Assembly: GCA_002030015.1 (NCBI GenBank) | Contig: LQBH01000013.1 | Coordinates: 145,218 to 209,217 of the forward strand | Direction of reading: 5' to 3' | Length of the DNA: 64,000 bases | Origin: a delta proteobacterium MLS_D | GTDB taxonomy: Bacteria; Desulfobacterota; Syntrophia; Syntrophales; UBA2210 | The notes under the pieces: generated by a model | Seen by the model: the letters and a program-made list of their open reading frames with translations, nothing else | Database searches by the model: none | Told to the model about the DNA's origin: nothing | Made by a program: the position numbers and the translations under genes | Shown here: in pieces, positions 1 to 9,820 of the stretch | Layout of the letters: the number at the start of each line of letters is the position of its first letter | Position numbering within the stretch: the first letter of the stretch is position 1

Positions 1-1
1 T

Positions 2-982
2 ATATCGGCAGGAGCAATGGTTGAACAGGATCGCGATTCTCTGCTGTCCACCGCCGATCTGGTGCTTCGATTGCGCGCGCCGTCGGTTGCGGAAACAGGG
101 CTCATGAAAAAAGGGAGCGTACATGTCAGTTTCTTTAATCCGTTCAGCGAGCGGGAACTGCTTGAGGAATTTGTGTCGCGAGGGATCGACGCCGTCAGCA
201 TGGAGATGATTCCGAGAATAACAAGGGCCCAGAAAATGGATGCCTTGAGTTCTCAGGCTGGACTGGCGGGGTACATTGCGGTCATCACGGCCGCGAATCG
301 GCTTAACAAGATTTTCCCGATGATGATGACGCCCGCCGGGACGATTACTCCCGCCCGGGTCTTTGTTATCGGCGCCGGCGTGGCCGGTCTTCAGGCGATT
401 GCAACAGCCAAACGGCTTGGAGCGAGAGTGCATGCGTTCGACACGAGGCCTGTCGTGGAAGAGCAGGTTCGCTCACTCGGGGCGAAGTTTCTCACTATCG
501 ATCTGGGCGGAACAGGCCAGACAAAAGAAGGATATGCCAAAGCCCTTTCCGAAGAGCAGATCGCAAAACAGCGTTCCGCGATGGCGAAACAATGCGCCGA
601 TTCTGATGTCGTGATAACCACCGCCCAGGTGTTCGGAAAGAAAGCGCCGCTTATCGTCACCAGGGAGATGGTTGAGGAAATGAAAAAAGGAGCTGTTATC
701 GTTGATCTCGCCGCTGAAAGCGGGGGAAACGTAGAAGGAACAGTAAGCGGAAAGGAAACAGTAATAAACGGGGTGACCATAATCGGGCTTGAGAACGCGG
801 CCGGTTACGCGGCGGTTCACGCGAGTCAAATGTATTCTGGAAATCTTCTGAGTTTTATAACCGAGTTCTGGAACACAGACAGCAAAACTCTTGATCTGCG
901 TCTTGATGACGAGATCATACGGGGAAGCCTTGTTTCTCACGGAAACGAGATTTTCAGTGAACCCTTGAAAAAGGTTGTGTAA
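2..982 (+). CDS. pntAA: NAD(P) transhydrogenase subunit alpha part 1 (AlaDH/PNT domains), 5'-truncated by window edge
   Basis: The frame is open from nt 2, with no stop before the ATG at 17. It aligns to E. coli PntA from roughly residue 55 onward (RITRAQKMDALSSQA, Rossmann VFVIGAGVAGLQAI, VDLAAESGGN). It is followed by pntAB and pntB. Confidence 0.9.
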   Translation: MSAGAMVEQDRDSLLSTADLVLRLRAPSVAETGLMKKGSVHVSFFNPFSERELLEEFVSRGIDAVSMEMIPRITRAQKMDALSSQAGLAGYIAVITAANRLNKIFPMMMTPAGTITPARVFVIGAGVAGLQAIATAKRLGARVHAFDTRPVVEEQVRSLGAKFLTIDLGGTGQTKEGYAKALSEEQIAKQRSAMAKQCADSDVVITTAQVFGKKAPLIVTREMVEEMKKGAVIVDLAAESGGNVEGTVSGKETVINGVTIIGLENAAGYAAVHASQMYSGNLLSFITEFWNTDSKTLDLRLDDEIIRGSLVSHGNEIFSEPLKKVV

Positions 983-999
983 AAGGAGGAGCGATCATA

Positions 1000-1317
1000 A
1001 TGGATATCGCAGTGTGTCGAAGTTCCTGCCTGATCTGCATGAGCATGGTGCTCGTACTCGCCATATTTCTCGGGTTCGAGATCATATCGAAAGTACCGGC
1101 GCGTCTGCATACGCCGCTTATGTCGGGCAGCAATGCCATTTCGGGTATAGCGCTCGTCGGTGCGGTTATGGTGGCGGGTTCGGCAGAGAGCAACCTGAAT
1201 ATTATCCTGGGAACCCTGGCGGTCATTTTCGCCACGATTAACGTGGTGGGCGGTTACCTGGTTACCGACCGCATGCTTGGAATGTTCAAGAGAGGAAAAG
1301 AAGGGGGCGGGAAATGA
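1000..1317 (+). CDS. pntAB: NAD(P) transhydrogenase subunit alpha part 2 (membrane)
   Basis: 105 aa and hydrophobic. The HTPLMSGSNAISGI motif matches the C-terminal membrane part of PntA. An AAGGAGGAG RBS lies upstream. Confidence 0.85.
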   Translation: MDIAVCRSSCLICMSMVLVLAIFLGFEIISKVPARLHTPLMSGSNAISGIALVGAVMVAGSAESNLNIILGTLAVIFATINVVGGYLVTDRMLGMFKRGKEGGGK

Positions 1318-2690
1318 CTATAGAGCACCTGGTGAACCTGGCTTACATCATTTCCGCGGTCCTGTTTGTCTTCGGTCTCAAGCTGCTTACCTCGCAGTCG
1401 ACTGCAAGAAAAGGTAACCTCATGTCGGCGGTCGGGATGTTCATCGCCGTTGTTATGACGCTTCTCATTAAAGACATCATTGATTACAAGTGGCTGATTG
1501 TGGGTGTTGTTGTGGGAGGGATCATCGGCGCGTTTGCCGCCCGACTCGTTGCCATGACGCAGATGCCCCAGATGGTTGCCCTGTTCAACGGTTTCGGCGG
1601 TATGGCAAGCCTGCTCGTCGGGTGGGCGGCATACCGCGTGATGTATAATTTTGACCTGTTCACGGCAACCACGATTTTTATCGCCGTCCTCATCGGGGGC
1701 GTCACGTTTTCCGGGAGTATCGTGGCCTGGGGAAAGCTTGCGACAGTTATAAGCGGACGTCCCATTCTTTTTCCCGGCCAGACCGTTTTGAACAGCATTT
1801 TGTTCATCGGCACCCTGGTGGCGGGAGGAATACTGCTGATGGATGCGCCGATAAGCCCGGTCATGTTGCTTACAATTATTCTGTTGTCGCTGATCCTGGG
1901 AGTGATGGCGGTTGTTCCCATCGGCGGCGCCGACATGCCTGTCGTAATCTCGCTTTTGAACAGTTATTCCGGAATCGCGGGATGCGCGGCAGGGCTCGCG
2001 GTTCAGAATAATATTCTGATAGTTGCCGGCGCTCTTGTCGGGGCGAGCGGAATTATATTGACCAACGTGATGTGCAAGGCCATGAATCGTTCGCTTACCA
2101 ATGTTCTTTTCGGCGGTTTCGGCGCCTTAACGGTCCAGCAGGAAGGCGGTCCCGAGGGAGAGGTGAAACCGATTTCGGCGGAGGATGCCTATTTTATTCT
2201 TGAGGCGGCGGATTCGGTGGTTTTCGTGCCCGGATACGGCATGGCGGTCGCACAGGCGCAGCACGCCGTTCACGAACTTGAAAGGATTCTCGAAGAAAAC
2301 GGAACCGACGTTAAATACGCCATCCACCCGGTCGCGGGCCGCATGCCCGGTCATATGAACGTGCTTCTCGCTGAAGCCGACGTGTCCTACGACAAACTCG
2401 TTGAAATGGACGATATCAACAGGATAATCGCGGGAGTGGATGTCTGCGTCGTAATCGGGGCAAACGACGTGGTCAACCCGGCCGCCCGGGAGACCAGGGG
2501 CAGCCCGATATACGGCATGCCGGTCATCAATGTCGATAAGTCCAAGACGGTTATAGTGCTGAAACGATCGATGGCGGCCGGGTTCGCGGGAATTGAAAAT
2601 AACCTGTTTTACAAGGATAATACGCGCATGCTTTTCGGTGACGCGAAATCGAGCCTGGCGGAACTTGTTGCCGAATTCAAGAAAAAATAA
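1314..2690 (+). CDS. pntB: NAD(P) transhydrogenase subunit beta
   Basis: 458 aa with an N-terminal multi-TM region and a C-terminal dIII NADP(H) domain (GYGMAVAQAQH, PVAGRMPGHMNVLLAEA, IGANDVVNP). An ATGA start/stop overlap links it to pntAB. Confidence 0.92.
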   Translation: MTIEHLVNLAYIISAVLFVFGLKLLTSQSTARKGNLMSAVGMFIAVVMTLLIKDIIDYKWLIVGVVVGGIIGAFAARLVAMTQMPQMVALFNGFGGMASLLVGWAAYRVMYNFDLFTATTIFIAVLIGGVTFSGSIVAWGKLATVISGRPILFPGQTVLNSILFIGTLVAGGILLMDAPISPVMLLTIILLSLILGVMAVVPIGGADMPVVISLLNSYSGIAGCAAGLAVQNNILIVAGALVGASGIILTNVMCKAMNRSLTNVLFGGFGALTVQQEGGPEGEVKPISAEDAYFILEAADSVVFVPGYGMAVAQAQHAVHELERILEENGTDVKYAIHPVAGRMPGHMNVLLAEADVSYDKLVEMDDINRIIAGVDVCVVIGANDVVNPAARETRGSPIYGMPVINVDKSKTVIVLKRSMAAGFAGIENNLFYKDNTRMLFGDAKSSLAELVAEFKKK

Positions 2691-2829
2691 AAATTGCTGG
2701 TCAAAGCAGGCAGCCAAAAGGATGTCGCGTACATAATCTGTCAGGGTCCTTGTGAGGATATACAATAAAACAGAAAGAGCGGGAATACACGCAGTCGTGT
2801 ACTGAATATTGAAAAGGAGCGGGGTTATT

Positions 2830-3246
2830 GTGAAATTAATGGTTGCTTTTTCAACGGATGACGGAGAACGTTTCAACGATGATCATTTCGGCATGGCGCA
2901 GTATTTTCACGTTTACGAATTTTCAGACGGTACAGAAAATTTTGTCGAATCACGGGAAAATATAAAATATCAGGAGGATGCGTCGCTGAAGCACGGGGAC
3001 CCCGGCAAGGCGAAAGCGACCTCTTCCGTGCTCGGCGGTATTGATGTGATCGCGGGCAAAAAATTTGGTCCAAATATCGTGAGGTTGCTCAAAAAATATG
3101 TTTGCGTGGCGATAAAGACAGACAGAATTTCTGATGCCGTACAGATGATACATGACAACATGGACGCGGTAATAGAGGCGAAGAAACAGGGAGAAGACAG
3201 AAAACACCTTGTGGTGAGAAATCGTCATTCGGGGCGGAAGTCTTGA
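2830..3246 (+). CDS. NifX/NifB-like (dinitrogenase FeMo-cofactor-binding fold, COG1433) protein
   Basis: KLMVAFSTDDGERFNDDHFGMAQYFHVYEF and VIAGKKFGPN are typical of the NifX_NifB family. The ORF-track TTG at 2809 contains the RBS (AAAGGAG), so I moved the start to GTG 2830. ATG 2839 is also possible. Confidence 0.7.
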   Translation: MKLMVAFSTDDGERFNDDHFGMAQYFHVYEFSDGTENFVESRENIKYQEDASLKHGDPGKAKATSSVLGGIDVIAGKKFGPNIVRLLKKYVCVAIKTDRISDAVQMIHDNMDAVIEAKKQGEDRKHLVVRNRHSGRKS

Positions 3247-3323
3247 CACAACTGCGTCTTCGAAGGCGGTGCCGACCGCGCAGACGCTCCGGATGCTGTA
3301 AATAAAGAAAGGAGTTGGTGATA

Positions 3324-3578
3324 ATGCCGAGAGGAGACGGGACAGGACCGAGAGGACAGGGCCCGGGAACCGGGCGTGGACTGGGGCGTGGTGCCGGCGG
3401 TGGCGCCGGCGGTGGTGTCGGACGCGGAGCGGGAGGTCGCGGCAGGGCGGGCGGCCAGGGTCTCGGAGGAGGCGGAGAATGCGTGTGTCCGAATTGCGGC
3501 TACACTGCTGCTCACCAGGTCGGGACGCCTTGTTATGATCTGGAATGTCCCCGATGCGGAACCAAAATGACGCGGTAA
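3324..3578 (+). CDS. DUF5320-like Gly/Arg-rich protein with C-terminal zinc ribbon
   Basis: The N-terminus MPRGDGTGPRGQGPGTGRG is the DUF5320 signature as I recall it. The C-terminus has CVCPNCG...CPRCG (CxxC x2). An AAGGAG RBS lies about 10 nt upstream of ATG 3324. Confidence 0.7.
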   Translation: MPRGDGTGPRGQGPGTGRGLGRGAGGGAGGGVGRGAGGRGRAGGQGLGGGGECVCPNCGYTAAHQVGTPCYDLECPRCGTKMTR

Positions 3579-3856
3579 CAGGGGACGTCAATTACAGAGA
3601 GTAGTGCCGGTGCCGACAGGCGGACCGAAACTCGATCAGGAAAGAGTTTTCGGTTTCGGCCCGGCGATTCGCCGCCGGTGACCGTGTGCGCCGTACGCCG
3701 GAGGTTTGGAAAGACGGGTAAAAATACGGCGTTGCCGCATGGACTGATACCGCGGGTTCACCGGAATACCGGCGTACAGAGTGACATTCCGGAATAACGA
3801 CCAGGCAGCGCTCCCTTGTAAAACCACATGATCAACATAAGTGGTAACTGTTTGCC

Positions 3857-4882
3857 ATGATTATTGAAACCACCAGGCACGCGTTGATGATAACGAGCTT
3901 TGTGTTCGTTATGATGTTGATAATTGAGTACATCAACGTGCAAACACGAGGTAACTGGCAGGAATCGTTAAAAAATTACCACTGGTTGCAGTATCTTCTG
4001 GCGGCGTTTCTGGGGGCCGTGCCCGGTTGCCTCGGCGCGTTTACGGTGGTGGCGCTCTACACCCATAACGTGGTGAGTTTCGGCGCCCTGGTCACCGTCA
4101 TGGTCGCGACGAGCGGTGACGAAGCCTTCGTGATGTTTTCGATGTTTCCGGGCAAGGCGTTTTTGCTGACGGCAATTCTTTTTCTGATCGCCCTGGCCGC
4201 GGGATACGGTGCAGACATCCTTTTCAAGCCGGAAAAAGTTACTGTGCGCGGGTTTGATCGGCGGCTTCAGTACCATGATGAAACCTGCGTGTGTTATCCG
4301 AAGGGTGAAATACTTCATCAGCTGAAAGATTTAACCCTTCAGCGCGGATTGTTGTTGACTGTTCTCGTGGCATTCATTTTATTACTGGTATCCGGCAGGC
4401 TGGGTCCCGAGTCATGGAACTGGATAAAGGTCACGTTGTTCGCCGGTTCACTCGCCGCGCTTTTTATCGCCGCGACGGTGCCCGAACATTTTCTCGAAGA
4501 GCACCTGTGGAACCACATAGTAAAAGTTCACATACCACGGGTATTTCTGTGGACATTCGGGGCTCTGCTTGTCCTGGCCCTGTTGTCGAACTACCTTGAT
4601 GTTGATGCTCTGGTCCGTTCGAACCAGCTTGTGGTTCTGCTTGTCGCCTGCCTTGTGGGACTTATTCCCGAATCCGGGCCGCATATGATGTTCGTCATTC
4701 TTTACGCGGAGGGATCGCTTCCTTTTGGAACGCTTCTGGCAAGCTCTATTGTTCAGGACGGCCATGGAATGCTGCCCCTCCTCGCCGAATCAAAGAAATC
4801 TTTCATTCTCGTCAAAGTCGTCAATTTCGGAATTGGATTGCTGGTCGGTCTGCTCTGGTACACGGCCGCCCGGTATCTCTGA
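3857..4882 (+). CDS. Polytopic membrane protein, putative 10-TM heavy-metal-exporter-like (ArsP_2-like)
   Basis: 341 aa with about 10 hydrophobic segments. IEYINVQT and TSGDEAFVMF resemble the Pfam ArsP_2 family from memory. The family assignment is not verified. Confidence 0.55.
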   Translation: MIIETTRHALMITSFVFVMMLIIEYINVQTRGNWQESLKNYHWLQYLLAAFLGAVPGCLGAFTVVALYTHNVVSFGALVTVMVATSGDEAFVMFSMFPGKAFLLTAILFLIALAAGYGADILFKPEKVTVRGFDRRLQYHDETCVCYPKGEILHQLKDLTLQRGLLLTVLVAFILLLVSGRLGPESWNWIKVTLFAGSLAALFIAATVPEHFLEEHLWNHIVKVHIPRVFLWTFGALLVLALLSNYLDVDALVRSNQLVVLLVACLVGLIPESGPHMMFVILYAEGSLPFGTLLASSIVQDGHGMLPLLAESKKSFILVKVVNFGIGLLVGLLWYTAARYL

Positions 4883-5009
4883 CGTATGTTTCAGCACTGT
4901 CTTAACGATAGAAGCGACACGAATACTATTGAGTTCTTTGCTTGTTGTCCGTGAGTCAATTATTTGAAGCGGAAAGCCTGTCATTACGGCAGGGGAAGGA
5001 GGATGTTTC

Positions 5010-6899
5010 ATGAAAATGTTGTCATCGGAATTGGCAGTCGGGAACAGGACATTGAAAAACAGGACTGTCATGGCGCCCATAAAAACGGCATACGGTGTTT
5101 TAACAGGGGAGGTGACAGACCGGCATCTCCGGTTCTTCGAAAGGCGGAACAGGTACGTGGGGGCGATTATACCGGAGCCGTTTTATCTCCATTCATCGCT
5201 TCGCGAGCTGCCCGTTCAGATAGGCATGCACCATGATGATATGATACCGGGGCTGAAAAAACTTTCCGACGTCATTCACGAGCACGGGGCACTTGCCGTC
5301 GCGCATCTGAATCACCCCGGGCGAATGGCGAATCCCCGCATACCCGGAAACCGTCTTCTGTCCGCTTCGGCACGGGCGTGCCCCACGGCCATGAAGGAAC
5401 CCGCGGAAATGAGCATATCTGACATAAAGGAATCACAGGAACTCTTCGAGAAGGCGGCCCTCAGGGCTCGGGAGGCCGGTTATGACTGTATCGAACTGCA
5501 GTTCGGTCACGGATATCTTGTCGCCCAGTTCCTGTCGGAACACGTCAACGAACGCACCGACGATTACGGCGGAACGTGGGAAAACAGGATGCGTTACGGT
5601 ATCGAGGTGCTCGAGAGAGTGAAGAAGGCGGTGGATATTCCCGTGATCGTGCGCTTCAGCGCTGATGAAATGACGCCGGACGGTCTCGGACTCGAAGACA
5701 TGATGAAACTGGCTGTTGTGCTGGAGAATCAAGGCGCCGAGGCGCTCCACGTTTCCAGTGGCTCCATCTGCGAGACGCCGCCCTGGTACTTTCAGCACAT
5801 GGCGGTACCGAAGGGGAAAACCTGGGAGTTCGCAGCGCGTATCAAGGAAAATGTCGGCATTCCAGTTATAACGGTAGGCCAGATAAATGAAAAGGATGAT
5901 CCCGAACCGGTTCTTCGAAAAGGCATGGCGGACGCGGTCGCGATCGGGCGGGCCCTGATCGCTGATCCGGATTTCGTCGGCAAAATTCTTGGGAAAGTCA
6001 GCGATCCCGTGCGTCCCTGCGCGGCCTGCCTTGAGGGGTGCATAGGAGGCGTCAGGAGCGGCAAGGGACTTATGTGCGTCATAAACCCCGAGGTGGGTCT
6101 TGACGGAAAAGAAATTTTGCCCGCGGAGGCGATCAAAAACGTTGCGGTTGTGGGCGGCGGTCCCGCCGGTATGGAGGCCGCGCTCGTTCTCGACCAACGG
6201 GGGCACAAGGTTACACTCTATGAAAAAAACAGCCTGGGTGGTCTGCTCAATCTGTCGTACCTGACGCCTCGGAAAGGGAGTCTCAAAAAAATACGTGATT
6301 ACCTGGTACAACAGACAGAGGAAAAAATTACTATCGTACGAAAGGAACCGGATCCTCAGGAGCTTATAGATGCATTCGACGCCGTGGTACTTGCAACGGG
6401 TTCACATCCGAAACCTCCCGTTATTCCAGGCCTGAAACAGTGGCACTGGGCGGAAATACTGAAAGAGAAAAATATGCCCGGCAATCAAAAGGGGATTATT
6501 GTCGGAGGTGGTTTCATTGGAGCCGAAATAGCCGAGATTCTCGCCCGGCACGGAAACGACGTAACCATCATCAAAAAGACGCGGGAGATAGCACCCGCCA
6601 TGGAACCGATGTCGAGAAATTTCCTGTTGAAGGCGTTGAAAGAGTTGGACATCCCGGTTATCACCGATGCGGACGTGGTGAACGTTGAGGGTGGCGCGGC
6701 CAGAATCAGAACGGGTTCCGAGGAACGCGTCATGGAAGGTATAGATTTTGTGGTTTACACGAAAGGCATGGTGCCGGAGCGCTCGTTGAAGGACCTGCTG
6801 GAAGGAAAAACAGACGTTTATACGATAGGCGACTGCAGTGAAATCGGCAAGGCGATTGATGCCATACACAGTGGGTACGAGTGCGCCCTGTCGATTTGA
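5010..6899 (+). CDS. 2,4-dienoyl-CoA reductase-like flavoprotein (OYE/TIM-barrel FMN domain + 4Fe-4S Cys cluster + FAD/NAD(P) domain)
   Basis: 629 aa. N-terminal OYE-type motifs are NRTVMAPI, HLNHPGR and LQFGHGYLVAQFLS. A Cys cluster follows (CAACLEGCIGG...C), then two Rossmann motifs (VVGGGPAGMEAA, IVGGGFIGAEIA). Confidence 0.85.
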   Translation: MKMLSSELAVGNRTLKNRTVMAPIKTAYGVLTGEVTDRHLRFFERRNRYVGAIIPEPFYLHSSLRELPVQIGMHHDDMIPGLKKLSDVIHEHGALAVAHLNHPGRMANPRIPGNRLLSASARACPTAMKEPAEMSISDIKESQELFEKAALRAREAGYDCIELQFGHGYLVAQFLSEHVNERTDDYGGTWENRMRYGIEVLERVKKAVDIPVIVRFSADEMTPDGLGLEDMMKLAVVLENQGAEALHVSSGSICETPPWYFQHMAVPKGKTWEFAARIKENVGIPVITVGQINEKDDPEPVLRKGMADAVAIGRALIADPDFVGKILGKVSDPVRPCAACLEGCIGGVRSGKGLMCVINPEVGLDGKEILPAEAIKNVAVVGGGPAGMEAALVLDQRGHKVTLYEKNSLGGLLNLSYLTPRKGSLKKIRDYLVQQTEEKITIVRKEPDPQELIDAFDAVVLATGSHPKPPVIPGLKQWHWAEILKEKNMPGNQKGIIVGGGFIGAEIAEILARHGNDVTIIKKTREIAPAMEPMSRNFLLKALKELDIPVITDADVVNVEGGAARIRTGSEERVMEGIDFVVYTKGMVPERSLKDLLEGKTDVYTIGDCSEIGKAIDAIHSGYECALSI

Positions 6900-6970
6900 C
6901 CCGCGGGGAATAACGCAGGAAGGTCGTATGAAAACAGCAGGAGTTTGTGAACGAGGAATGCCGGTGGAGT

Positions 6971-7016
6971 AACAAAAGAGGCGCCCGGAACGTGATGTCC
7001 CGGGCGCCTCTTTTGT
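6971..7016. terminator. Bidirectional hairpin between convergent genes
   Basis: Perfect 18-bp inverted repeat AACAAAAGAGGCGCCCGG-(10 nt)-CCGGGCGCCTCTTTTGTT. It is flanked by A/T runs between the dienoyl-CoA reductase and abfD stops. A second hairpin (GGGATTTC...GAAATCCC) lies at about 7035-7067. Confidence 0.6.
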
Positions 7017-7070
7017 TGACGTGATCGCCGGTATGGGATTTCAGGACGTCGGACGTCCGGAAATCCCGGG

Positions 7071-8603
7071 TTACTTTTTCGGCGAGCCGTATAATTTTTG
7101 AAATTTCTCAAGCATTTTTCGAGGTGTTACCGTCGGCCTGTCGTAAAGCGGCAGTTTCTCCTCTATGCCGAAGAGATATTTCGATATGCTTTTCAATTTT
7201 TCAAGGTCGTATCTCGCCATCATGGTGATGGTTTCCATCTGCGGCGATCCGCCGCCGTGGAGACCGGCGACCTGTGCCACGCCGGCCATTTCCCCCACGA
7301 TGAGGTTCTCCAGACCGCGGAAGCAACGCTGCTGGTTTTCAGCTGTTATCGCGGGATTTCTCATCAGATACTTGTTGGCCAGCGCCCCTGTCTCTTCAGA
7401 GAAAAATTCCTCCTCGAACGGCAGAGTTGCGCAGAGCCCGCCCGCGAGATCGGCGACAATTTTATACTCGTTGTAAATTTCTTCACCCGCGAGTCTTCTG
7501 CCGGCATTGGTCAGGACTTCGTCGGGAATGTATGTTCCGGACGACGATTTTTCAGCGCGGTAAGCGCTCATTTGACCGGCGGCGAAGACAAGTTCAGCCA
7601 CACCGACCATGTGGGAGATTTTCTCTCTGGCATGGTCTTCCTTCTCGATGCCGTTATACTCGGCCGCGAGGGCGGCCGCGCTGGCCAGCACTTCAGACGT
7701 TGCCGGCTTGCAACCCGTGTAGGAATGCCGGTGATAGTGAGCGAAAAGCAGGGCAAGGAAACCCGCGTACGGTGTCTGCCGGGGATCGCCTTTGCCGTCG
7801 AGAAAGACGCGCTCTCTCGGCACAAAGACATCATCAAAAATGGTAAACGATTCGGCGTCTCCTATTTCAGCAATAGGGGCCTGCTGATATTTCCGCTTGT
7901 GGTTGTATGCCGGTCTGACCAGCATCTTTACACCGTCCCAGTCGGCCGGGACAGCAAAGGCGACGGCGTATTCGCTGTCCTTGTCGGACATGAACCGCGT
8001 CGGTATGGCTATGATCTCGTCGCTGACCGGGGCGGTCGTGTTGTCGATTTTTGCTCCCCTCACGACGATCCCATCAGGCCTGCTTTCGACTATTCTCAGG
8101 TAAAGATCGGGATCAGCCTGGGCGTGGGGCCTTTTCAGGCGGTCGCCCTTCACGTCAGTCTGGGCGCAGTTCGCGGTTATGTCGTTATCCTGCCAGTACT
8201 GAAGATATTTCAGGAAATTTGTGTTGGTGTCGGTGCCCAGGGCCTGGTCCATCTCGTAGGTGACGACGGACAAAGCGTTCATGGAGTCTATGCCCATGCA
8301 TCTCATGATACAGCCGCCGACACGGTGGCATATGAGCCTGGTCATCAACTGTTTTTTCAGGAGATCATCGACGCTTTGGTGAATGTGAGTAAATCTGTTT
8401 ATTTTTTCTCCGTTCAGGTGCGATATAGCGGTGGCGAGGCCATCCCATTCAGGATCATTCGCCCGGTCGTATGTTTCTCGTATCACGCGCAACTGTGCCG
8501 CAAGCCGCTCGTCCATCCTGTCGCATTTGTCGCCGCCTATGTAGATGTTTTTCTTCAACTTCTTCAGCCGATCAAGATACTCGTCATACGTCTTTACTCC
8601 CAT
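7071..8603 (-). CDS. abfD: 4-hydroxybutyryl-CoA dehydratase / vinylacetyl-CoA delta-isomerase
   Basis: 510 aa, collinear with Clostridium aminobutyricum AbfD as I recall it. The [4Fe-4S] ligand positions are conserved (GGCIMRCMGID; HYHRHSYTGCK). DPDLYLRIVESRPDGIVVRGAK is also conserved. Confidence 0.85.
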   Translation of the reverse strand: MGVKTYDEYLDRLKKLKKNIYIGGDKCDRMDERLAAQLRVIRETYDRANDPEWDGLATAISHLNGEKINRFTHIHQSVDDLLKKQLMTRLICHRVGGCIMRCMGIDSMNALSVVTYEMDQALGTDTNTNFLKYLQYWQDNDITANCAQTDVKGDRLKRPHAQADPDLYLRIVESRPDGIVVRGAKIDNTTAPVSDEIIAIPTRFMSDKDSEYAVAFAVPADWDGVKMLVRPAYNHKRKYQQAPIAEIGDAESFTIFDDVFVPRERVFLDGKGDPRQTPYAGFLALLFAHYHRHSYTGCKPATSEVLASAAALAAEYNGIEKEDHAREKISHMVGVAELVFAAGQMSAYRAEKSSSGTYIPDEVLTNAGRRLAGEEIYNEYKIVADLAGGLCATLPFEEEFFSEETGALANKYLMRNPAITAENQQRCFRGLENLIVGEMAGVAQVAGLHGGGSPQMETITMMARYDLEKLKSISKYLFGIEEKLPLYDRPTVTPRKMLEKFQKLYGSPKK

Positions 8604-9190
8604 GTTTCCGTCTCCTTTCTTTTTGTGCGATCAAACATTGATTGCCCGCCGATCGCTTTGTTCCCGGCATGATGTTTCTCCCGCCGGGAACCAGGGCTCA
8701 CAATTCAAGGTTGCGCTCTTCGGTTTTTATAATGGCGGCCGCGGTCGCCGCGGGGCAGGTTCAAACAGGATTTACTCGTTGGAAATTCGCGTGCCTCGCC
8801 CGGAAAGCCGTTCCCGTGAGGAGATTATGTATATTTTGACATAACACTAACTCCTTTTGATGCTTTTTACAAGACACGTTATCATTGATTATGAAAGGTT
8901 TTTACATGCATGCAAAGCGTTCTGACAATCTTCCGGACATCCGGCCGGAGCACCGACTTTCGAAGAACTGATTCCCGCCTGAAAATTTCGGGGCGACTGT
9001 GATACCCGGGACAGTCTGGCGTTCAGAAAAAGAAAATGTTCCTGTCGTGATTGAATCGCGTCGCCCGTAATGAACCTGTGTACATTTTTATCCCGTTTAC
9101 GATAAAAATAAATGATAATAATTTCTGCTTTACGGCTGCTGTGTGTCGCACAAAACGTGTGAGAGTTCATTCCTTCGTGGAGGCATGAGG

Positions 9191-9430
9191 ATGTGTTTCG
9201 AGCCGGTCCGGGTTGTGTGTTACAGTGGTTCAAAGGCCGATGAAAGGCCGACGGCCTTTATTCATCGGGGGCGAAGAGTGGAAATAGCGGAAATCATGGA
9301 CCGCTGGTATGAAGGGGGCATTGATCCCCGCAGCCCGGTGGTGAATTATTTCAAAGTCAGGACGGAACACGGCGAGGAATGTCTTCTGCAATACCTGTCG
9401 TTGTTCGATGCCTGGTCCATCCGGATGTGA
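9191..9430 (+). CDS. Hypothetical small protein
   Basis: Open frame with GGAGG 7 nt upstream of ATG 9191. I recognise no family. Confidence 0.35.
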   Translation: MCFEPVRVVCYSGSKADERPTAFIHRGRRVEIAEIMDRWYEGGIDPRSPVVNYFKVRTEHGEECLLQYLSLFDAWSIRM

Positions 9431-9449
9431 CCTGTATCAGGGTTGCCCG

Positions 9450-9692
9450 TTAGGGCAGGAGATTTTTCACGGCAGGATGTTTTGCTGAAAATATGTTGGT
9501 CGTTTCGGACTCGTCATCGAAAAGGATGATTGCCGATCCTTTTTCCAGTTTTTGCATGACCGTTCTGTAGTTTGCCTCCGGCAGGACTTCGGTTTCACCG
9601 TAATCCGTGCCGAATCGTGAGATATATTCTTCTATGACGCCGCGAAGCGCTTCTTTGCTGAGCCTGTCAGGGGGAATGACGTGAACGGCCAT
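9450..9692 (-). CDS. YheU-family (UPF0270) protein
   Basis: 80 aa. LSKEALRGVIEEYISRFGTDYGETE matches the YheU signature (..REGTDYGE..). Confidence 0.7.
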   Translation of the reverse strand: MAVHVIPPDRLSKEALRGVIEEYISRFGTDYGETEVLPEANYRTVMQKLEKGSAIILFDDESETTNIFSAKHPAVKNLLP

Positions 9693-9820
9693 GAGACGAT
9701 AGTCCTCTCAGTTCAAGGGTGGGGGGAGTTTTCCATACCAAATAGAATTATGACATAGTCGATATGCGACGGAAAGAAGAAAAATCCCGGTCGTTCTGTG
9801 CGTCGCGTCGGCCATGTTCT

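Noticed and set aside
3330-3480. GGN/CGN-rich repetitive DNA
   Set aside because: It encodes the Gly/Arg-rich low-complexity region of the DUF5320 protein (GRGLGRGAGGGAGGGVGRGAGGRGRAGG). It has no spacer-repeat organisation and is not a CRISPR or satellite.
7098-8672. 524-aa ORF on the plus strand
   Set aside because: It is entirely antisense to abfD, which has strong family motifs. The antisense product is Arg/Gly/His/Val-rich with no recognisable motif, typical of a shadow ORF in GC-rich coding DNA.
8604-9190. ~590-bp non-coding leader of abfD with a sigma54-like GGCACG-N4-TTTC on the minus strand (about 8790-8805)
   Set aside because: The -12 element lacks the GC dinucleotide altogether (TTTC). 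No adjacent activator is oriented toward it. I could not identify a riboswitch or other known RNA motif by eye, so it is left unannotated.
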